Assembly (NCBI GenBank): GCA_963727625.1
Contig: CAVSHR010000007.1
Location: forward strand, 1-64,000
Reading direction: 5' to 3'
Origin: an uncultured delta proteobacterium
Lineage (GTDB): Bacteria; Desulfobacterota; Binatia; UBA9968
Length of the DNA stretch: 64,000 nucleotides
Positions 51,575-61,921 of the stretch are shown piece by piece. The notes beneath the pieces are model-generated. The model did no database searches. It saw only the letters and a program-made list of their open reading frames with translations, and had not been told where the DNA came from. Positions within the stretch are counted from its first letter, which is position 1, and each line of letters begins with the position of its first letter. A program made the position numbers and the translations under genes.

Positions 51575-52686
51575 TACAGGACGACATAAGTAATTGTGCA
51601 TATGATAGAAAGGTGAGATTGAGGTTTCATGAAACCACTCACCATCAATGACCCCGACATCATCCTGGGGCTACAGGATGAGATTCGACGTTCGGAGGAG
51701 TCACGGTACGAGCATCGATTGCATGGATTGCTTCTTGTGGCCCATGGGTTGAGCTGTTGAGAGGTAGCGCAACTCCTGGGCGACTCCCCGCGAACGGTCC
51801 AGTATTGGGTGACTCGTTTTGAAAAGGATGGCTTGGCTGCAATGGTTGAAGGTGAACGGCCCGGCCGTCCCCGTGCTTTGGGAGAGAAGGAACTGGCCGA
51901 GATTAATCGAGTTTTGCGCCAGACTCCGAAAGCGGCCGGCATGGGTGAAAATCTCTGGGATGGCAAGAGCCTATCGACATTCATCAAGAAGCAATTCCGC
52001 GTGGAGCTAGGGGTGCGCCAATGCCAACGGTTGTTTCGACAGTTGGACTTTCGATCGCGCAAGTCGCGTCCCCTGATCGCCCATGCAGATTCCGAATTAC
52101 AGAGACGGTACAAAAAAAACTGAAAAGAACGTTTGGTAAAAGATCCGAACATTGATCTCTGGGCAGAAGATGAAGTTCATTTTCAGCAACATGGTTCGCG
52201 GTGTCGCATGTGGATTGCACCGGAAACAACCGATCCTGTAGTGTTGCACCAACCCACTCGCAAGAGCGTTGGCTATTTTGGAGCCGTCCGTTTGCGTGAC
52301 GGCAAGCTTGCTTACCGCCGAGAAGATCGCCGGTTCAATGCCGAAACCTTTCTCGTTTTTCTCAAGCAACTCAAGCAAAGCGCTTGTCGTTCAGGACGAC
52401 GGGTCGTGGTCCTACTCGATAACGCTCGCTACCATCATGGAAAACTTCACAAGGATTGGCGGGCACTGCATTGCAAACAATTCCAACTCGACTACTTGCC
52501 CCCTTACAGTCCTGAACTCAACCCCATTGAACGCGTCTGGAAACTTACCCGTCGCAAGTGCTTGCATAACGTTCACTTCGAGCAACTCTCAGAACTGACC
52601 AATGCTGTCGAGAGCCAATTCACCATCTGGACCAACCCCAACCAACCATTGCGCCAATTATGCGCAATTATTTAAGACGCTGTGTA
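51575..52686 (+). mobile_element. IS630-family insertion sequence
   Basis: Imperfect IRs TACAGGACGACATAAGTAATTGTGCATA and TACACAGCGTCTTAAATAATTGCGCATA; TA duplication at 51573-74 and 52687-88. Confidence 0.9.
51629..52675 (+). pseudogene. IS630 transposase interrupted by two in-frame TGA
   Basis: HTH (RPGRP, winged helix) plus DDE (AEDEVHF, LDNARYH, PYSPELNPIERVW); TGA at 51758-60 and 52121-23. Confidence 0.88.
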
Positions 52687-53090
52687 TAGAATCGGGCACT
52701 GCCACGGTCCGACTCGAACTGCCATCGGGGCAATAAGAATCGCCACGTGCAGTCGCCGCGTTCCGAGAAGATCCGTTGAGCCCTGCCGATGAGATGTCGA
52801 TCGTGGGGGAGTCATATCAGAAGGCCCGCGTAAATGGTGTGATATCGAGAGCCGTAGTGAAATTTACTTTTGACAAAACCGGCGCAGTTTTAAGCGCAAG
52901 GATTGAGTTGCTTTCTCAGTGCCACCGAGATTGCACGGCCGCGTCGATGTCGGCGTTTGCCGGGGATCGCTGGTCGCTGGATTCGATCTTGACGGCCGTC
53001 CGAAGGTATTATTGTCGTACCTGTACTTCCCCGATGGGCAGCATCCCAGAGCCACAGACGTAAGTCCGTGGCACGGGGCTTAGGGGAGGC

Positions 53091-53339
53091 TTACCCACCC
53101 TTTGTTTTCTCCTGAACATAGGTAATGACATCTTGAACCGTAACAAAGTGCACTTCACCTTCGGGCATTTCAATATTGAATTCTTCTTCGATCCTGAAAA
53201 TGAGATCCAAGGTATCCAGCGAGTCCAACATCAGATCTTCGATGAGTCTGGATTCCTTTTGAATCTCACTGGGTTGTTTTTTTAAGGTCTTTGCCAGACC
53301 CGTGATAATCCGTTCTTCAACCGAAACACCCGATGCCAT
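53091..53339 (-). CDS. Acyl carrier protein
   Basis: 82 aa, acidic, DLMLDSLD phosphopantetheine motif, EEEFNIE, TVQDVI. Confidence 0.92.
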   Translation of the reverse strand: MASGVSVEERIITGLAKTLKKQPSEIQKESRLIEDLMLDSLDTLDLIFRIEEEFNIEMPEGEVHFVTVQDVITYVQEKTKGG

Positions 53340-53351
53340 TTTTCCCTCGCC

Positions 53352-54596
53352 CTAAGAAAACGCCTTCATAACCAAACAAGAGTTATTGCCGCCAAACCCG
53401 AAGGAATTGGACAGGGCGACCTTCACATCTCTCTGACGCGCTTGATTCGGAGTGTAGTCCAAATCACATTCCGGATCGGGTTCTTCATAATTGATGGTCG
53501 GATGAATGACATTGCGTCGAAGAGTCAGTGCGCAAACAATCCCCTCGATTGCCCCGGCGGCGCCGATGGTATGTCCTATCATCGATTTGGTCGAGTCCAA
53601 CGAAATCCGGTAGGCATGTTCACCAAATATCTTCTTTATCGCCCTGGTTTCAACCAGATCGTTCAGGATAGTAGAGGTCCCGTGGGTGTTGATATAATCA
53701 ACCTGGTCGGGGGATATCCCGGCATCCTGGAGAGCCAGCTCGATCACGCGAGCCGCCTCACTCCCCGTACCCTCAGGGTGGACAATATGAGTTGCTTCAG
53801 AGGTTGCCCCGTAACCTACGACTTCGGCATAGGGGGTGACCCCCCTCTCCTTCGCGCGTTCTAATGTTTCCAAGACGATGATCCCGGCTCCCTCTCCCAT
53901 AGCGAAGCCGTCCCGTTTTTTATCGAAAGGCCGACTCGCTCGATGCGGAGCTTCGTTCCGAATGGAAAGCGCCCGAAGGGAACAAAAAGCGGCAAGCACC
54001 CCGGGTAAGATACACGCCTCCGTTCCTCCTGCGATGAAAAAGTCGGCCCTCCCCATCCGAATAAGATCGAATCCATAGCCGATGGTATGGGACCCGGACG
54101 AACACGCGGTTGAAACAGTCATATTAGGACCTTTCAACCCAAATGCAATCGCAACCCCTGCTGCAGCGGCATTTGACATGATTAAGGGAACCGACCAAGG
54201 ATGAACTCGACGCGGGTTATTGGTTTCGAACAAAGTTCGTAACTGCGCTTCATAAATGTCCATCCCACCTAACCCGGTCCCTATAGCAACTCCGACTCGG
54301 CAGGTATTTTCCTTAGAGAAATCGAGGTGAGCATCGTCAATCGCCATTTTTGCCGCGGCTCTTGCGAACTGGGTGTTTCTTGACAGTTTAGGGACCTCCG
54401 AAGACGGGATGTAATCTTCCGGCCTAAAATCTGAGATCTCCCCAGCGAATTGACACGAATAAGAAGTAGCGTCAAAACTCTGGATACGCCGGATACCCGA
54501 TTTCCCCTCAAGCAGAGCCGACCAAAAGGTTTCTTTCCCTAACCCGATGGAAGAAACAACTCCTAGGCCGGTGATCACAACCCTACGACTTGTCAT
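53352..54596 (-). CDS. fabF: Beta-ketoacyl-ACP synthase II
   Basis: RRVVITGLG, TACSSG, HGTST, GHTIGAAG, NSFGFGG. Confidence 0.94.
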   Translation of the reverse strand: MTSRRVVITGLGVVSSIGLGKETFWSALLEGKSGIRRIQSFDATSYSCQFAGEISDFRPEDYIPSSEVPKLSRNTQFARAAAKMAIDDAHLDFSKENTCRVGVAIGTGLGGMDIYEAQLRTLFETNNPRRVHPWSVPLIMSNAAAAGVAIAFGLKGPNMTVSTACSSGSHTIGYGFDLIRMGRADFFIAGGTEACILPGVLAAFCSLRALSIRNEAPHRASRPFDKKRDGFAMGEGAGIIVLETLERAKERGVTPYAEVVGYGATSEATHIVHPEGTGSEAARVIELALQDAGISPDQVDYINTHGTSTILNDLVETRAIKKIFGEHAYRISLDSTKSMIGHTIGAAGAIEGIVCALTLRRNVIHPTINYEEPDPECDLDYTPNQARQRDVKVALSNSFGFGGNNSCLVMKAFS

Positions 54597-54836
54597 CAAA
54601 GACCTTCCTCGGATCTCGATGCTGGCAATTTAAATTTTTCCCTTGGACTGAAATGGAATTGGACCAATTTGATTACTTCTCGCGCGGCCGCGTCCCTTTG
54701 TCGATGCACACGAATGACACGGTAGCAGTCCGCTGGCAGAATCGATTTCTTATCAGAAAACGTAATCCGAAACAAATGGCTGTTACCCTTTCGCTTCGCT
54801 TGTTTTTCTCATCCCCGCACAATAGCATCAACAATT

Positions 54837-55601
54837 ATGCGGTGGCAAAAAAGAGGTGTGGCACTATGCGTCGGGCTGGCACTGCTGAGCTTGGGTCAAA
54901 TGGCCCATGCGGCAGACGATCAACGAGCGCGAGAGATCGTGGACCGGGTCGCTGGGCTTTCCACCAGCAAATCCAGCATCGCTACGGTGGAAATGCAGGT
55001 CACCAACGAAAACTGGCAACGTGATATCACGGTTCAGATCTGGTCGCTCGGAGAGGATAAGATCCGCGTCCGCATTAGCAGCCCTCGGGAAGATGCGGGC
55101 ACGGGCGTCCTGAAAGTTGGCAGCGACATCTGGTACTATCTGCCGAAGGCGGATCGCACGGTTAAGATGCCGCCTGCGATGACGATGACCTCGTGGATGG
55201 GAAGTCACTTCACGCTCGACGATCTGGTGAAAGCGAGTCACCTCACTCGCGATTATTTTGCCGCCCTCTCTTTTGAGGGCGAGAGAAACGGAGTCGGGGT
55301 CTATGAAATCACCCTCACGCCCAAGCCGGACGCGGTGGTCGTGTGGGGGAAGATCTTGCTGGAGGTCCGACGGGCTGACTACATGCCTATCTGGCAGCGT
55401 TACTACGACGAGGACGGGAAGCTGGTCCGGGAGCTGACCTTTTCCGACTACAAAACTATGAACGGGAGGCTCATCCCTACGCGCCTGGTCATGCGACCCC
55501 TGGACAGGCCTGGTGAGCAGACCACGATCGTCTACAAAAATATCCTCTTCGACGTGCCGATCAGCGAGGAGATGTTTTCCCTGAAAAATCTGAAGCGATG
55601 A
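54837..55601 (+). CDS. Outer-membrane lipoprotein-sorting (LolA-like) periplasmic protein
   Basis: Signal peptide, P.EDAGTG.LK, W.YLPK..RTVK, SWMGSHFT.DDL, YYDEDG. Confidence 0.85.
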   Translation: MRWQKRGVALCVGLALLSLGQMAHAADDQRAREIVDRVAGLSTSKSSIATVEMQVTNENWQRDITVQIWSLGEDKIRVRISSPREDAGTGVLKVGSDIWYYLPKADRTVKMPPAMTMTSWMGSHFTLDDLVKASHLTRDYFAALSFEGERNGVGVYEITLTPKPDAVVVWGKILLEVRRADYMPIWQRYYDEDGKLVRELTFSDYKTMNGRLIPTRLVMRPLDRPGEQTTIVYKNILFDVPISEEMFSLKNLKR

Positions 55602-56854
55602 TTGGACGGATTCTCGGGCTCGCCTGGCGCAATCTGTGGCGCAATCCCCGGCGCACGTTAATCGCCATGGCTGCCATCGGCTTCGGCTATGCCATGCTGC
55701 TGTTCGTCGCGTGCCTCATGGCGGGATTGCGCCAGCAGATGATCGAGACCGGCACGTCCCTTGTTCTTTCTGATATCGAGGTGCACGCTCCGGGTTACTA
55801 CCCCAACCGTTCCATTTATCAGACCCTGGGAGGCCGACAAGGGACCGATGTCGGCGCGTTGCTTGCCGCCATCGCTGCCGACCCCCGGGTTGATGCTGCT
55901 TCTCCCCGGGTGTACGGCTACGGCTTGGTAAGCGCTACCCATCAATCTGCCGGGGCGGAGATTCTCGGTGTCGTTCCCGATCAGGAACAAAAGGTTACTG
56001 TACTGCAAACTCGAATAGTAAAAGGCACCTATCTCACCGAACGGATGCCAAAGGGTATCGTGATGGGAGATAAATTCGCCACCACGATCGGCGTCGGGGT
56101 AGGCTCGGAAATCATCCTGTTAACGCAGGCCGCCGATGGTTCGATGGGAAATGATCTGTACACGATTGTGGGGACCTTTCACACGGGTCTTGATGCCATA
56201 GACCGGGGTCTGGTGCTCATGTCGCTCTCTTCCCTACAGGAGCTTTTGCGATTGCCGCCTGCAAGGATCCATGAAGTTGGTATCAAGCTCCATGCCATAA
56301 CCGAGGCGACAACGGTGGCGGCGGCACTTGGCGCCCAACTGGGTAAAACCCTACCGGTTAGGGTGCGGGCCTGGCCTGAGCTGGTGCCGGAGCTAGCCGA
56401 TTACGTGCAGTTTAATCGCGGTGTCACTTTTATTCTGTTTTTCATTTTTTTCCTGCTAGCGGTCATTGGCATCGTGAACACGATGCTCATGGCAGTCATC
56501 GAGCGCACGCGCGAGCTGGGCATGTTGATGGCCGTGGGAATGCGCCCGGTTCAGGTGGTTGGTCTGATCGTGGCAGAGGCGGCGGGTCTGGCAGCGGCCA
56601 GTCTGGTTTTGGGGGGAGCGATCGGGGCTCCGCTCCTCTGGTATTTGCAGGTTTATGGTCTCGACTTAGGCGGCGCCGCAGGCGATGTCTCGGTGGCCGG
56701 AGTCGTGGTGGGCCACCACTGGTTCGGTCAGCAAGATTTTCCGGCATACAGTCAGGCCGCTCTCGGCCTGGCCGTCACCGCACTTTTGTCCGCCCTCTAC
56801 CCCGCGTTGCGGGCGGCTCGCTTTCGGCCGACGGAAGCGCTCCGAAAGGTCTAG
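55598..56854 (+). CDS. ABC transporter permease (LolC/E, FtsX-like)
   Basis: LAWRNLWRNPRRT, NTMLMAVIERTRELG, YPALRAA. Confidence 0.92.
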   Translation: MIGRILGLAWRNLWRNPRRTLIAMAAIGFGYAMLLFVACLMAGLRQQMIETGTSLVLSDIEVHAPGYYPNRSIYQTLGGRQGTDVGALLAAIAADPRVDAASPRVYGYGLVSATHQSAGAEILGVVPDQEQKVTVLQTRIVKGTYLTERMPKGIVMGDKFATTIGVGVGSEIILLTQAADGSMGNDLYTIVGTFHTGLDAIDRGLVLMSLSSLQELLRLPPARIHEVGIKLHAITEATTVAAALGAQLGKTLPVRVRAWPELVPELADYVQFNRGVTFILFFIFFLLAVIGIVNTMLMAVIERTRELGMLMAVGMRPVQVVGLIVAEAAGLAAASLVLGGAIGAPLLWYLQVYGLDLGGAAGDVSVAGVVVGHHWFGQQDFPAYSQAALGLAVTALLSALYPALRAARFRPTEALRKV

Positions 56855-56856
56855 CG

Positions 56857-58146
56857 ATGACGGCTGTTCTCGTTCTGGTGAAAATCGGCTGGCGCAATCT
56901 CTGGCGCAATCCCCGAGGTACATTGCTGACCGCGCTGGCTTTGGGCTTGGGTCTTACCTTGCTGCTGATCTCCTTGGGCTTGCTCGACGGCAGCCATGAG
57001 CAAATGATTCGTGAGGGGGTGCGACTCGGCACCGGGCATGTCGTCATCCAGGCGCAGGGGTATCAAGACACCGGCTCCCAGGAGCTGTTGCTACCGGCCC
57101 CGGTTGTATCCATGACTGAGGAGTTTTTGCATACCGAGGCCATGAAGCCTGTTCTGCGCGGCGTGAGTCCCCGGCTTCTGGCCTCCGGCTTGCTCAGTTC
57201 CGCAGCCAACGCTGATGGCGTGAGCATGATGGGAGTCATCCCCAAAGAGGAGCGGGCCGTATCTCTGATTCCCGAGCGCATGGTCGAGGGGACCTATCTC
57301 AACGACGACAAACATTCTGACGTTGTCATTGGCACCGAGTTGGCCCGCAAGCTCGAGGTAAAGATCGGCGCCAAACTAGTGCTCATGACTCAGGCTGTGC
57401 AACAGCCCGGCGTCGACGCTGCGGACGCGGTTGGAGAAGGAATGCAGAGCACTCTTCTGCGGGTGAGCGGGATCTTTCGTACCGGAATACAGGCGGTCGA
57501 TAGCCACGTCATCCAGTTGCCGTTGCCTGTGGCGCAAACACTGCTCGGGGTGCCAGGCCGGGTGACTCAGGTAGCTGTGCTTCTCGAACGGGAGGGTGAC
57601 TCGCCGATGGTGGCAACAGGTTTGCGAAAGCAGTTGGCGGGAGTTCCGGTTGAAGTCCTTCCCTGGCGGGAAGCCATGCCGACACTGGTTCAGATCTTTC
57701 GGCTGAATTCGGTGTTTAATTATGTCATGAACGGTGTGGTGCTCGCGATGGTGGGGTTGGGGATACTCAATACGATTCTCATGCGAGTACTCGAGCGCCG
57801 CTACGAATTTGGTCTTTGTACGGCTCTTGGCCTTCGTCCTCTGCAGCTTGGAGTAATGATCATTGGCGAATCTCTGGCTCTCACGGCGATCAGCCTCGCC
57901 CTGGGTTTGGTGCTGGGTTTGAGTGTCCATTATTTTTTTGCGACCCATGGGTTGGATATGCGCTGGGTCTTTAAAAGCGACCTTCCCGCGGCTCTCGTTT
58001 TTGACCCTATCATCTACTCGCGCTTGAGCCCGTGGCGAATCACTTCATCCGTCGGCATCGTATTTCTGACCGCGACAGTCATATCGTTTTATCCGGCGCT
58101 CAAGGCAGCGCGAACCGAGCTGCCCGGTGCATTGAAAGTGTTTTAG
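56857..58146 (+). CDS. ABC transporter permease (LolC/E, FtsX-like)
   Basis: WRNLWRNPR, NTILMRVLERRYEFG, YPALKAA. Confidence 0.92.
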   Translation: MTAVLVLVKIGWRNLWRNPRGTLLTALALGLGLTLLLISLGLLDGSHEQMIREGVRLGTGHVVIQAQGYQDTGSQELLLPAPVVSMTEEFLHTEAMKPVLRGVSPRLLASGLLSSAANADGVSMMGVIPKEERAVSLIPERMVEGTYLNDDKHSDVVIGTELARKLEVKIGAKLVLMTQAVQQPGVDAADAVGEGMQSTLLRVSGIFRTGIQAVDSHVIQLPLPVAQTLLGVPGRVTQVAVLLEREGDSPMVATGLRKQLAGVPVEVLPWREAMPTLVQIFRLNSVFNYVMNGVVLAMVGLGILNTILMRVLERRYEFGLCTALGLRPLQLGVMIIGESLALTAISLALGLVLGLSVHYFFATHGLDMRWVFKSDLPAALVFDPIIYSRLSPWRITSSVGIVFLTATVISFYPALKAARTELPGALKVF

Positions 58147-58236
58147 AAAAGCTAGCTATTAGCTTTGGGCTTGGAGAAAATCAAAAAACTTCTTGAGGCT
58201 TAGTGCGACAGAGCAGATTTAACCAGGGTGCAGAGC

Positions 58237-59007
58237 ATGGAAGAAAAAGCTGCGGTTGAAAGTCATGCGGCCGAGCATGGAGCGGCGAGCGCTGTGGGTA
58301 AGTGTGCGGTGGAACTGAAGAACGTGAAAAAGACCTACCGCACGGGGCCCATCGAGGTCCCGGCGCTGCGCGGGGTAAGTCTACAGATTGCTCCCGGGGA
58401 ATTTCTCGCGATTGCGGGTCCTTCCGGTTCAGGGAAAACCACGTTGCTCAATATCATTGGCGGACTCGACCGAGCGGACAGTGGAGAAGTGTGGGTGGAA
58501 GGAAACAACCTGCAGCTCTTATCTTCAGGGGAGCTCGCTCGTATGCGGCTCGAGCGCCTGGGTTTCGTTTTCCAAGCTTACAACCTGCTGCCGGTGCTGA
58601 CGGCCATCGAGAACGCCGAGTTCACCCTGCTCCTGCAAGGGATCCCGGTGGAGAAGCGTCGAGAAACGGTGCAAAAACTATTTTTGGAAATCGGTCTCGC
58701 CGGTCTTGAAAATCGTCGTCCCGCGGAGTTATCCGGCGGGCAACAGCAGCGGGTTGCCGTGGCTCGGGCTATGGTCACCGAACCTGTGCTGATCCTGGCC
58801 GACGAGCCGACGGCGAATCTTGACTCTGCCACCGCTTTGTCTCTCCTCGATGTGATGGAAAAGCTCAATCGTGATCACGGTACGACATTCGTCTTTTCCA
58901 CCCATGATCCTCAAGTCATGGAGCGGTCTCGCCGGTGGATTCGCTTGCACGACGGTCAGATCGCCAGTGATGCGGCGCATGCAAGCAACATTCTACTACC
59001 GCCCTAA
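58237..59007 (+). CDS. ABC transporter ATP-binding protein (LolD-like)
   Basis: [30 protein letters not shown]. Confidence 0.94.
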   Translation: MEEKAAVESHAAEHGAASAVGKCAVELKNVKKTYRTGPIEVPALRGVSLQIAPGEFLAIAGPSGSGKTTLLNIIGGLDRADSGEVWVEGNNLQLLSSGELARMRLERLGFVFQAYNLLPVLTAIENAEFTLLLQGIPVEKRRETVQKLFLEIGLAGLENRRPAELSGGQQQRVAVARAMVTEPVLILADEPTANLDSATALSLLDVMEKLNRDHGTTFVFSTHDPQVMERSRRWIRLHDGQIASDAAHASNILLPP

Positions 59008-59084
59008 AGGGGAATTCACTGATGATGCGACTTGATGCAGGCAATGGCGATAAGGAGCGGTTTGTCGAATGCCGATCCTGAGCT

Positions 59085-59540
59085 ATGGCAAGACTCGCCC
59101 TGAAACAACGAGCCCGACAGATTTGGCAAAAGCTGTCGCACCTCGATGCCACACCGGACCAAATCGCTGCGGGCTTCTCGATCGGCATCTTCGCCAGTTT
59201 CCTGCCGCTTAATCCATCGCCAACAATCACGGCGATCGTTGCGGCGTGGCTGCTGAAGCGGAACGTGATCGCCGCTGTCGCCGGGGCGGCGGCTTCGATT
59301 CTCTATCTGCCGCTTTTGCCGTTGATATGGCTGGCTGAATATCGATTGGGGGAGTGGATTCTCCCGCTGCAGCATCCACCAGTGACGTTTGATCAGCCGC
59401 GACTGTGGGAGGTTTTGCAAAAGGGGTGGGATGTCTATGCAGCAATGCTTGTTGGATCGCTCATCATCGCGACCCCTATCACATTACTAACCTATTTCAT
59501 CATCAAGCGGCTTGCCACGAAATGGGCGCGGCAACGGTGA
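59085..59540 (+). CDS. DUF2062 family membrane protein
   Basis: TPDQIAAGFSIGIFASFLP, YRLG.WIL, hydrophobic. Confidence 0.8.
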   Translation: MARLALKQRARQIWQKLSHLDATPDQIAAGFSIGIFASFLPLNPSPTITAIVAAWLLKRNVIAAVAGAAASILYLPLLPLIWLAEYRLGEWILPLQHPPVTFDQPRLWEVLQKGWDVYAAMLVGSLIIATPITLLTYFIIKRLATKWARQR

Positions 59541-59602
59541 GGCGTCAAACGGGCGAAAAACAGAGGATTCGGTCAACGAGACCTTAGGTACTAAACGCTC
59601 GT

Positions 59603-60235
59603 TCAATTACTGTGGCGAGGCGCGTTGGCTTTGATCCACTCGGCGATTTCGCCAATCAGCCGATTGACCGCATGATTGCTGGCGATGACGGCGCCGTAGG
59701 CGTCGCCGCTGGGTGCTTCTTCGATTATCTCGAATCGACGAGCGGCGATCACTTCCCGTTTCTGGCTCTCAACCAGCTGCGCGCGAAAGGACAGTCGCAC
59801 CCGGCTGGGATTGGAAAAAAACTCCTGTTGCCACTGTAGAATTTCACTGTCCAAGCGAAAATCATCGCGCACGGCGGCAGTGGTGTGCGTCACGGTACTC
59901 CAGCAATTGGTCTTTTCCACGGCTTGAACCATCAGCGGCAGTAACAGCCGAGCCGGAGTCTCGGCCCACTGGTTGTACGCGTAGTATCGGATCTCATGCG
60001 GCCGCAGCAGATAGGCGATACCGCTGGTGTTAGTGCCGCCCTGCTCTTGGGGCAGACTGACCACGAGCACGCCGAGAGGCGATGCGCATGACGGCCATTT
60101 GCCTGCGGAGAAGTCGGGTGTGAAAAGGTAACTATGCACCGGCTGGTTCGGTGCCTCCGGAAAAATCGTGCACCCGGCCATAAGGTGAAACAACACGGCT
60201 AGAAAAACGCCGTTGTTTGTTCGCTTACGTTGCAT
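59603..60235 (-). CDS. ABC transport auxiliary lipoprotein (PqiC-like)
   Basis: Lipobox MAGC, YYAYNQWAETP, adjacent to mlaD. Confidence 0.85.
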   Translation of the reverse strand: MQRKRTNNGVFLAVLFHLMAGCTIFPEAPNQPVHSYLFTPDFSAGKWPSCASPLGVLVVSLPQEQGGTNTSGIAYLLRPHEIRYYAYNQWAETPARLLLPLMVQAVEKTNCWSTVTHTTAAVRDDFRLDSEILQWQQEFFSNPSRVRLSFRAQLVESQKREVIAARRFEIIEEAPSGDAYGAVIASNHAVNRLIGEIAEWIKANAPRHSN

Positions 60236-60239
60236 GCGT

Positions 60240-61142
60240 TCACTCACCCGGTCCCGGCTCCCGGCGGCGTCCGAACAACAGCGACCTGGGATTCTGTTCA
60301 ACCTGTTGGGACAGACCCTGCAGACTCTCGGTCAGCCGCCGGAGTTCCGCGATCAATAAACCGGCTTCGGAAAGAGTTTGGTGGACGTCCTGTTGACTCC
60401 CGGCGACCAACGAATCGACGCTTTTGCCGGTAAGGGCAATTTGCTGCGCCATATTTTCCAAAGCGGCGGCGGTTTCCGTGGCGCGGAAAAACAACGCAGG
60501 CAGTTTTGCAGTCGCTTCTCGGGTATTCGCCAGTGTACTGTCTGCGTTCGAAAAGAGTTTGTCCAGCTCCTTCTCGCGTTGTTTCAGAGCCCCCGTCAGC
60601 TCCGCCAAATTGACCATGGTTTTCCTGATCGATGCGCGGCTCTCTTTATCGGTAAGGTCCTTGAGGGACGAGGCGATCTCATTCAGGCTGGTCATTAGCG
60701 TGGAGGCGGCCTGATCCAGAGGCAATGAGGGTTTAATCTTGATCACCGGATAGCGCTGTCCGGGGGCAGGGGTGAGCGGCGGCGACTCAAGGCCTCCACC
60801 GGCCAGCTCGATAAAAGCGAGTCCCGTAAGCGCCTGAGGCGCCACGCTGGCGACGGTGTCTTCCTTGATCGGCGTGCCCTCGGCGATGTCGAGGATCAGG
60901 CGAACTCTTTCGGGGTTCCCGGGATCGAGGCGCATGTTTCTAACCCTGCCGACGTTGATCCCCTTATACCTCACTGCCGAGTCTTCGGTGACACCCGCCA
61001 CCGATTCGCCGGAATAGGCGTAATAGCTCCGATAGTTTCTTTGCGGCCCGCCGCGCACCAACCACAGGACGATGACGATGAGACCGGCGGTGAATAGGGC
61101 GACGCAGGCGCCGACCAACACATAACTTACTTTCGGTTCCAT
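60240..61142 (-). CDS. mlaD: MCE/MlaD domain protein
   Basis: N-terminal TM, SVAGV...SAVRYKGINVGRV, TGLAFIEL, coiled-coil tail, NPRSLLFG. Confidence 0.9.
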   Translation of the reverse strand: MEPKVSYVLVGACVALFTAGLIVIVLWLVRGGPQRNYRSYYAYSGESVAGVTEDSAVRYKGINVGRVRNMRLDPGNPERVRLILDIAEGTPIKEDTVASVAPQALTGLAFIELAGGGLESPPLTPAPGQRYPVIKIKPSLPLDQAASTLMTSLNEIASSLKDLTDKESRASIRKTMVNLAELTGALKQREKELDKLFSNADSTLANTREATAKLPALFFRATETAAALENMAQQIALTGKSVDSLVAGSQQDVHQTLSEAGLLIAELRRLTESLQGLSQQVEQNPRSLLFGRRREPGPGE

Positions 61143-61921
61143 GCTTGCTCCCTAGCGGCCCGTCCGCGTGAGCCCTGAAAATATTCCGCGACCAGGGGGT
61201 GGTCAGAGTGCGACAGCTCGTCCATGGTGCCGACCTGCAAAAGTTTGCCGTCACCCAATACCCCGACGCGGCCGGCGACGTTCCAAAGTGAATCCAGATC
61301 ATGGGTCACCATGACGATCGTCAGTCCGAGAATGGATTTCAGCTGGCGAATCAAGTCGTCCAACGCGGCGGTGCTTGCCGGGTCCAAGCCGGCGGTCGGC
61401 TCATCGAGGAACACCAACTCGGGGTCCAGCGCGATGGCCCGCGCCAGGGCAGCGCGCTTGAGCATCCCGCCGCTCAGCTGGTTCGGATATTTTCCCGCGC
61501 TATTGGCCGGCAACCTCACCCAGTGAAGCTTAATCCCGACGATCTCCCGGGTGAATTCGGCGCTCAGCTTCGTATGCTCGTGAAGCGGTACCGCGATGTT
61601 TTCCGCCACCGTGAGCGCGCTGAACAAAGCCCCATGCTGAAACAATACGCCGAGGCGGCAGCGCAGCTCTATCGATTCGCGCTCGCCGATGGCCGAAAGG
61701 TCTTTTCCCAACACGTGAATCGATCCCGCCTCCGGCCGGTGCAGCATTATCATCTCCTGGAGCAGGGTCGATTTGCCGCCGCCGCTGGCGCCGACGATCG
61801 CGAAGATTTCCCCGCGCCGCACCGTGAAGCTGATGTCGTCATGGATCACCGCACTGCCAAACCTTGTGGTCAAGTGGCGAACCTCGATGACCGGCTCCGG
61901 AATCTTGTCTTCGAGACTCAT
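61127..61921 (-). CDS. mlaF: MlaF-like ABC ATP-binding protein
   Basis: GASGGGKST, LSGGMLKRAALARA, LDEPTAGLDP. Confidence 0.9.
   Translation of the reverse strand: MSLEDKIPEPVIEVRHLTTRFGSAVIHDDISFTVRRGEIFAIVGASGGGKSTLLQEMIMLHRPEAGSIHVLGKDLSAIGERESIELRCRLGVLFQHGALFSALTVAENIAVPLHEHTKLSAEFTREIVGIKLHWVRLPANSAGKYPNQLSGGMLKRAALARAIALDPELVFLDEPTAGLDPASTAALDDLIRQLKSILGLTIVMVTHDLDSLWNVAGRVGVLGDGKLLQVGTMDELSHSDHPLVAEYFQGSRGRAAREQAWNRK

Noticed and set aside
51758-52123. Genome-wide TGA recoding suggested by two in-frame TGA in the transposase
   Set aside because: TGA terminates many intact genes here (gnd, tal, tkt, sodB, glgP); decay is simpler
52705-52740. Left IR of the IS3 relic (CGGGGCAATAA)
   Set aside because: Only a short GGGGCA match and no terminal CA; too weak
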